From positions 1,707 to 65,706 of the forward strand of contig JASFHL010000006.1 of assembly GCA_050123235.1 (NCBI GenBank): a DNA stretch of 64,000 nucleotides. Reading direction: 5' to 3'. Below are positions 59,191 to 64,000 of the stretch, in pieces. Under the pieces are notes generated by a model that was given only the letters and a program-made list of their open reading frames with translations, was not told where the DNA came from and did not search any database. This DNA is from Candidatus Woesebacteria bacterium (GTDB taxonomy: Bacteria; Patescibacteriota; Microgenomatia; UBA1400; PJMF01). Numbering within the stretch: the first letter of the stretch is position 1; each line of letters begins with the position of its first letter. The position numbers and the translations under genes are program-made.

Positions 59191-59283
59191 GACAACTCTA
59201 CTGATGAATTCTTCTACGAGAGTTATTCCTCGGAAGAATGGACTAGTCGATTCATCGACTTGATAGAAAAAATGTTCAAGTAG
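59191..59283 (+). pseudogene. Possible 3' remnant of a deleted gene
   Basis: Start-less 30-codon frame DNSTDEFFYESYSSEEWTSRFIDLIEKMFK* ending just before a + strand terminator. Confidence 0.3.
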
Positions 59284-59285
59284 CT

Positions 59286-59323
59286 AAAATATGCGGGTTA
59301 GCGCCAGCCCGCATGTTTTTTTT
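59286..59323 (+). terminator. Intrinsic terminator oriented on the + strand
   Basis: ATGCGGGTT-AGCGCC-AGCCCGCAT then G and T8; G-U pairs work on the + strand. Confidence 0.7.
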
Positions 59324-59330
59324 CATTAAT

Positions 59331-59948
59331 CTAGTTAGTCCAAATTTTTAAAATTTTATCCAATGCTAGTACATCTCCAAAATAGCGTTGAATATTTTTA
59401 AGAGATATACGATGTGATTCCTGACTATTAGAAGCCACACATTCTTGAGGCACCACTACAAAATAACCCTTATGATAAGCATTGCGTATAGTTGTTTCTA
59501 CACATGCGTTAGTTTTCACTCCAACTACAATCAAGCTTTTAATTCTTTTTTTCTTCAAATATGAATCAAGCTCTGTATTATGAAAGCTACAATAATTATG
59601 CTTAACTACTATCTTGTCTTTTTTTGCTGGTAAAACCCCCACCATTTTTGTACCTTCAGTACCTTCTAGAACACAAACATTTTTTTCTTGTTTCTCTTTT
59701 TTACTAAACCTATATCTGCCCACCTCATTTCTATATTTAAGACCATCAATCATTTGAGTGAAGATTATGGGAGTGTTTTTTTGACGAGCAACTGATACTA
59801 ATTTGCGGATTGGCCTCAGTATAGCTTGCATGCTAGCGATATTTTGACCAGATTTAGCTAATTTACCATCATCGTCAATAAAGTCCTTTTGTAAATCAAT
59901 AACTAGAACAGCAGTATGTTTAGGATTTAGGATGTTTTGCAATTGCAT
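59331..59948 (-). CDS. Isochorismatase-family cysteine hydrolase (RutB-like)
   Basis: VIDLQKDF, K...SF..T.L, GV.T.ACVETT.R.A (Asp-Lys-Cys triad). Confidence 0.92.
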   Translation of the reverse strand: MQLQNILNPKHTAVLVIDLQKDFIDDDGKLAKSGQNIASMQAILRPIRKLVSVARQKNTPIIFTQMIDGLKYRNEVGRYRFSKKEKQEKNVCVLEGTEGTKMVGVLPAKKDKIVVKHNYCSFHNTELDSYLKKKRIKSLIVVGVKTNACVETTIRNAYHKGYFVVVPQECVASNSQESHRISLKNIQRYFGDVLALDKILKIWTN

Positions 59949-59964
59949 ATTCTTTTACTTACTG

Positions 59965-60049
59965 CGGAAGGGGTGGGATTCGAACCCACGAGGTCCCGAA
60001 AGACTCCGGTTTTCGAAACCGGTGCAATAGACCGCTATGCGACCCTTCC
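59965..60049 (-). tRNA. tRNA-Ser(CGA), CCA not encoded
   Basis: GGAAGGG/CCCTTCC acceptor stem, CCGGT-TTCGAAA-ACCGG anticodon arm, long variable arm, GTGGG-TTCGAAT-CCCAC, discriminator G. Confidence 0.96.
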
Positions 60050-60062
60050 TCTTCTCCTTTTA

Positions 60063-60701
60063 TTATACCTTTTTTATGGAATGTTCATTGAGATGCATGA
60101 TTAAATCAGCAATTGTTTTCAAAGTTAAAAAAAATAATAGTGGACCATTACCTTCAGCCACCTGCCCAAAAATAATAATGATGTGCATCGGAATTATGCG
60201 AGCATAGGGTTCAAACATTACCTTAGCAATATTTTTCTTTTGTTCTTGATCTTCAGTTTTATTAGTAAAATAAGAAAAAAGGTGATTAAGAAAAAACATT
60301 GCTAAAACAGACAAACCAGCGCTTATTTTAATAAACAGTAAAGATGGAAAAATAAAAATTAGATAAACAAAGTGAAAAAAACCATAATGAAAAAGAAAGA
60401 AAAATGCTATAGTTCTTTTTGTTTCTGCATTGGGTTCAATCTTTTTGCCATTAAGCAGAACCCTATCGGTGGTGAAATACTTTAAATTGATAATTTTAAA
60501 AAATTGAAAAATACCAATAATTACGCTCTGTCCCCAATAGACAAAAAGCAAATCTCCCAAGCTCCATCTTTGATAAAGGGCGATAACTATAGTGACAATA
60601 TTGACTAATAACAAAGCCAAAGTGGAAGGATGGAATAATGAAGCCAATAGATTTCTATTAGCTTGAAGACGAATTGCGCTAGAGTGGTATTGTAATTTCA
60701 T
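60063..60701 (-). CDS. DUF6498-like multi-pass membrane protein
   Basis: W.....L.VYW.QSVIIG, FF..HYG.FH, PY.RI.PMH. Confidence 0.8.
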   Translation of the reverse strand: MKLQYHSSAIRLQANRNLLASLFHPSTLALLLVNIVTIVIALYQRWSLGDLLFVYWGQSVIIGIFQFFKIINLKYFTTDRVLLNGKKIEPNAETKRTIAFFFLFHYGFFHFVYLIFIFPSLLFIKISAGLSVLAMFFLNHLFSYFTNKTEDQEQKKNIAKVMFEPYARIIPMHIIIIFGQVAEGNGPLLFFLTLKTIADLIMHLNEHSIKKV

Positions 60702-60715
60702 AAAATAAAAAAAGA

Positions 60716-60792
60716 TGGTGCACCCGACACGATTCGAACGTGCGACCTACAGTTCCGCAAACTGTTGCTCTATCCAGCTGAGCTACGGGTGC
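60716..60792 (-). tRNA. tRNA-Arg(GCG), CCA encoded
   Basis: GCACCCG/CGGGTGC acceptor stem, ACAGT-TTGCGGA-ACTGT anticodon arm, TTCGAAT T-loop, ACCA end. Confidence 0.96.
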
Positions 60793-60801
60793 TTAAAAAA
60801 A

Positions 60802-60865
60802 AGATTTGTCGCAAAATCTGCGCTTTAGCTTGGGGGTTAAAACAACAAGACCCTGCGACAAATCT
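60802..60865 (-). ncRNA. 64-nt hairpin leader or sRNA at the start of the tRNA-Arg transcript
   Basis: 18-bp stem with three G-U pairs that work only on the minus strand, followed by a U-tract; begins at the predicted TSS. Confidence 0.45.
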
Positions 60866-60870
60866 AATAT

Positions 60871-60899
60871 ATTGTAATCTGGAGGAAAGATTAAGACAA
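60871..60899 (-). promoter_or_regulatory. Sigma70 promoter for the hairpin/tRNA-Arg unit
   Basis: TTGTCT-17 bp-TACAAT. Confidence 0.65.
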
Positions 60900-60939
60900 G
60901 TTTATTCGCCTTTTTAAAAATATCCAAAAATGCAGTTTA

Positions 60940-60960
60940 TTGCGGAATTTTTATCCGCAA
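60940..60960 (-). terminator. Hairpin directly after the YbhB-family stop codon
   Basis: TTGCGGA/TCCGCAA 7-bp stem; no clear U-tract. Confidence 0.4.
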
Positions 60961-60963
60961 GAA

Positions 60964-61416
60964 TCATTGAGCCTCTTCTTTACTAAACAATCCTACTAGC
61001 TCCGTACTTTCTAAGACATGCCCTTCCATGGCTTTTTTTAAATCTGCTTTTTCTGCTTCATTATCTAAGTCTAAAACTGTATCAAGAGCAAAAAGTTTAA
61101 AAAAATAGCGATGGGTGCCAGAAGGAGGACATGGGCCACCATAATCAGTTTTAAAAAAGCTATTCACACCAGCCACAGCAGCTTTAGGTGTAGTATTTTC
61201 TTCAATCTTAGCTACCTGAGGAATATTCCACAGCAACCAATGCACCCAATCTCCTGCTGGGGCATCAGGATCATCAACTATTAAAGCTAAACTTAGAGTT
61301 CCTTCTGGAATCCCTGATATTTCTAAAGGTGGGCTGATATTTTCACCCTTACAGCTATATTTTGGAGGAATTTGACCATTATGAATAAAAGCTGGGCTAG
61401 TAAGAGTCAGAGGCAT
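60964..61416 (-). CDS. YbhB/YbcL (PEBP/RKIP-like) protein
   Basis: SPPL, DDPDAP...WVHW, YGGPCPPSGTHRYFF. Confidence 0.95.
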   Translation of the reverse strand: MPLTLTSPAFIHNGQIPPKYSCKGENISPPLEISGIPEGTLSLALIVDDPDAPAGDWVHWLLWNIPQVAKIEENTTPKAAVAGVNSFFKTDYGGPCPPSGTHRYFFKLFALDTVLDLDNEAEKADLKKAMEGHVLESTELVGLFSKEEAQ

Positions 61417-61477
61417 ATTGATCCTTCAATACTTTTTACTAATTTCATTTTAGCAAAAAAAAATGTAAATTATCTAT

Positions 61478-61744
61478 ATGAAAAGAGGCCCTGTTATTTT
61501 CAATCAAGCAGAAACTAATTTAATTTTGCAATCCTTGGCAACTAATACAGAAAACCAGCTACTGATTAGTAAATTACAAGCCACGTTACAAGCAGAAACA
61601 GACAGCAACTATCTTTTACTAAGTGAAGAAGAATTAGAACTAATCATTGATAATTTACCTGCCCCGACTGCCAATCAAGATCCTAATTTAAATAGTTTAA
61701 GACAAAATATCCAAACTCAGCTCAGTAATTTGCGGAACAATTAA
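61478..61744 (+). CDS. Hypothetical protein
   Basis: 88-aa helical ORF with TAAATT 6 nt before the ATG. Confidence 0.6.
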   Translation: MKRGPVIFNQAETNLILQSLATNTENQLLISKLQATLQAETDSNYLLLSEEELELIIDNLPAPTANQDPNLNSLRQNIQTQLSNLRNN

Positions 61745-62114
61745 AAAGTGCTAATATTTTAGGCAAAAAGATAGCCAGGCCAATCATCGCCGCTGCAATC
61801 GCCACTACTAAAACTGCTCCAGCAGCTGCATCTCTAGCTCTGGTAGTAGAAGAATAAGATAAGTTTAATTCATCACGTAGAGTATTAGCCAATTCTTCCA
61901 CTGCTGTGTTTACTAGCTCAGCAGCCCAAACTATGGCAATTAAAATTAATACTATAAACCAATCATATTTAGAAATAGAAAAAAATAGACCAGCCTCCAG
62001 TACCAAAATAGTCATCACTCCGTGAAACTTCATATTTCTCTCTTTAAAACCAGAAACTATCCCTCGAAAGGCATAGATAAAAGCTTTGAAAAACTTTTTT
62101 GTCTTTTTACGCAT
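61722..62114 (-). CDS. dgkA: Diacylglycerol/undecaprenol kinase (DgkA family)
   Basis: F.YA..G, ERN...H, EL.NTAVE, A.D.AAGAV. Confidence 0.92.
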   Translation of the reverse strand: MRKKTKKFFKAFIYAFRGIVSGFKERNMKFHGVMTILVLEAGLFFSISKYDWFIVLILIAIVWAAELVNTAVEELANTLRDELNLSYSSTTRARDAAAGAVLVVAIAAAMIGLAIFLPKILALFNCSANY

Positions 62115-62154
62115 AATAAGCCCTATTTCAAAATTGAACTTACTACATTATAGA

Positions 62155-63999
62155 TCAAAATAAACCCAATTGACTACTTTCTTTTTTCTTTTTTTGTTGC
62201 CATTTTTTTATTCTAATTAATGTTTCATCTTCCAGTTCTATAAAATCATCATTGGTAAAATAATTTTTAAAAGAAGAAACTTGACTTTGTTTTTTATTTC
62301 TTTTTTCAGTATTGATTAAATAAAGTCCTTTTTTAGCTCGTGTCATGGCTACATAAAGCAATCTTTTTTCTTCTGCTAATGCTGCTTTATCTTTTAATTT
62401 TTTGGAAAAAGGAATTAGACCTTCTTCAAAGCCACAAATAAAAACATAATCAAATTCTAAACCTTTAGCTGCATGCATTGTCAGTAAAGTAACTTTATCA
62501 ACATTTTTATCATAGTAGTCATGTTCTTTTAGAGAATCAAGAAAATTGATGAATTTCAATAAAGACTTTTCTTCTTGGTCAAAAGCAGTTACTATTGATT
62601 TAAATTCATAGAGATTCTTTATTTTTTTGACTTTGCTGGCTGATTTTTCTTCAAGATTAAATTTACTGATAATCAAATCAACTAAAGCTGCTAAAGAAAA
62701 TTTACCTTCACCAATATTTTTCTTAAATTGGAGTTCAATTGTTGCTAAATTTGCTAAAAAGTCAGCTAATAAAGTTGCTTGTTTTTTACTTAATAATTTC
62801 TGATTAATGATTTTTCCTGCTGATTTATGAATAGAAAAATTAAGATCTTGAGCTAGTTGTCTGATTTTAGTGACTGTTTTTTTACTGAGTGCTGAATATT
62901 TTGACTCTAGTAAATTGTTAAATAGTTCTTCTCTATCAATCTGCTCAACCTCTTGACTGTTTAAAAACCTCAAAAAATCAGTAATGAACTTAATTTCTGA
63001 CTTCTCATATAAAGATCTGCCACCTACTATTTGATAAGGAATCCCTGACTCATCAAATTTATTTTCCAAAGCGTGACTCAAACCATGAATACGGTAAATA
63101 ACTGCAAAATCAGCAAATCTAGCTTGCTGCTCACTAGCCTGAAGTTCACTTGCCTCCTGAAAATCAAGGCCACCAACTTTTTGGCTGATGCTTTTTAAAA
63201 TCCATTTTGCTTCACTATATTCATCATAGGTTTTAATTAGCTTTACTTCACTAACAATTTTCTGTTTAGCTTGTAATTTTAGTTTCTTTTTAAATAAAGA
63301 TTGACTTAAATTTAAAATCTCTGGGCCAGAACGATAATTATCTTGTAAATTAATTTCTTGAAAATTTGGAAAATCTATTTTAAATTGATCAAAAGCATGA
63401 GCATTAGCGCCTCTGAAGGAATAAATCGCCTGCCTAGGATCACCAATCACTACTAAATTATTTTCTTTATTAATTAATGATTTAATAAGCTGATATTGAA
63501 TATTATTAGTATCTTGATATTCATCAATTAATAAGTAGCGATATTTTTTTCTTAGCTTATGCAACTGTGCTGATGCTAGCTGTTGATTTTTATTTTTATC
63601 AGCATCAGAATTAAGAATTTCTAAAAAATTTACTAACAGATCATCAAAGTCTAAGAGTTTTCTATTTTCTAATTCAGCTTGATAACTCTTAATTAATTTG
63701 TTTATCACTGGCTCAAGATCGGCTTCATTTAAACTTAAATTTTTCCAACGAGAAATTAACAAAGATAACTCTTTTGCAGAGAATCTGCTGAAATCCTGAC
63801 TTAATCTTTGATTTTGCACAATCTCTTTAATTAATAGGACTCTATTTTTTTTAGAAATTAAAGATAAAGGTTGATCTGTTGTGCTTAAAAAGCGATGGGC
63901 TAAAGCATGGAAAGTGGTAACTAAAGGTAAATTTTTTTTAACTATAGAAAGTTGCCTCAACCTATCTTGAATCTCTAAAGCTGCTTTTTTAGTAAAAGT
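62155..63999 (-). CDS. UvrD/PcrA/Rep SF1A helicase (5' end outside window)
   Basis: Frame is open to the window edge (TFTKKAA). TFH, DEYQD, GDPRQAIYSFRGA, NYRS, TMHAAKGLEF, EEKRLLYVAMTRA. Confidence 0.95.
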   Translation of the reverse strand, partial: TFTKKAALEIQDRLRQLSIVKKNLPLVTTFHALAHRFLSTTDQPLSLISKKNRVLLIKEIVQNQRLSQDFSRFSAKELSLLISRWKNLSLNEADLEPVINKLIKSYQAELENRKLLDFDDLLVNFLEILNSDADKNKNQQLASAQLHKLRKKYRYLLIDEYQDTNNIQYQLIKSLINKENNLVVIGDPRQAIYSFRGANAHAFDQFKIDFPNFQEINLQDNYRSGPEILNLSQSLFKKKLKLQAKQKIVSEVKLIKTYDEYSEAKWILKSISQKVGGLDFQEASELQASEQQARFADFAVIYRIHGLSHALENKFDESGIPYQIVGGRSLYEKSEIKFITDFLRFLNSQEVEQIDREELFNNLLESKYSALSKKTVTKIRQLAQDLNFSIHKSAGKIINQKLLSKKQATLLADFLANLATIELQFKKNIGEGKFSLAALVDLIISKFNLEEKSASKVKKIKNLYEFKSIVTAFDQEEKSLLKFINFLDSLKEHDYYDKNVDKVTLLTMHAAKGLEFDYVFICGFEEGLIPFSKKLKDKAALAEEKRLLYVAMTRAKKGLYLINTEKRNKKQSQVSSFKNYFTNDDFIELEDETLIRIKKWQQKKKKESSQLGLF

Positions 64000-64000
64000 T

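Noticed and set aside
1-64000. CRISPR array, integron cassette array, prophage, transposase or rRNA
   Set aside because: No regularly spaced direct repeats, no attC-type GTTRRRY pairs flanking cassettes, and no integrase, transposase or phage structural motifs were seen.

Overview
AT-rich, gene-dense bacterial chromosome segment in standard code 11. Gene content points to a Patescibacteria (CPR) genome, probably Microgenomates (inference): GAD-less AspRS, tRNA-Arg(GCG), wHTH-nucleotidyltransferase, DUF3048, many orphan and membrane proteins, few biosynthetic genes. It is mostly housekeeping: mutS-mutL, glgP, secDF, rseP-frr, rdgB-ybaB-dnaX-ybeY, gltX, aspS, rmuC, metG-tatD, a surface-glycan block, galU (in-frame stop), gdhA, glmS-glmU-HAD-yvcK, trxB-trxA-csoR-like, dnaG, iscS-iscU, two tRNAs and a partial uvrD/pcrA. 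No rRNA, CRISPR array, transposase or prophage was seen. Best candidates for new biology: (1) a His-less CsoR/CstR-type repressor whose 17-bp palindromic operator sits in the sigma70 promoters of both csoR-trxA-trxB and a Cys-insert-bearing glutamate dehydrogenase, with a third near-perfect box upstream of gltX; (2) AspRS fused to a YeaK/ProXp-y-like tRNA editing domain; (3) a ~580-nt densely structured intergenic region whose only Shine-Dalgarno is locked by a long-range helix; (4) a MITE-like element with 32-bp terminal inverted repeats and a dispersed 63-bp repeat family; (5) pervasive leaderless promoters and a tRNA-CDS-tRNA-CDS arrangement. All calls are by eye from motifs; no database searches were run.
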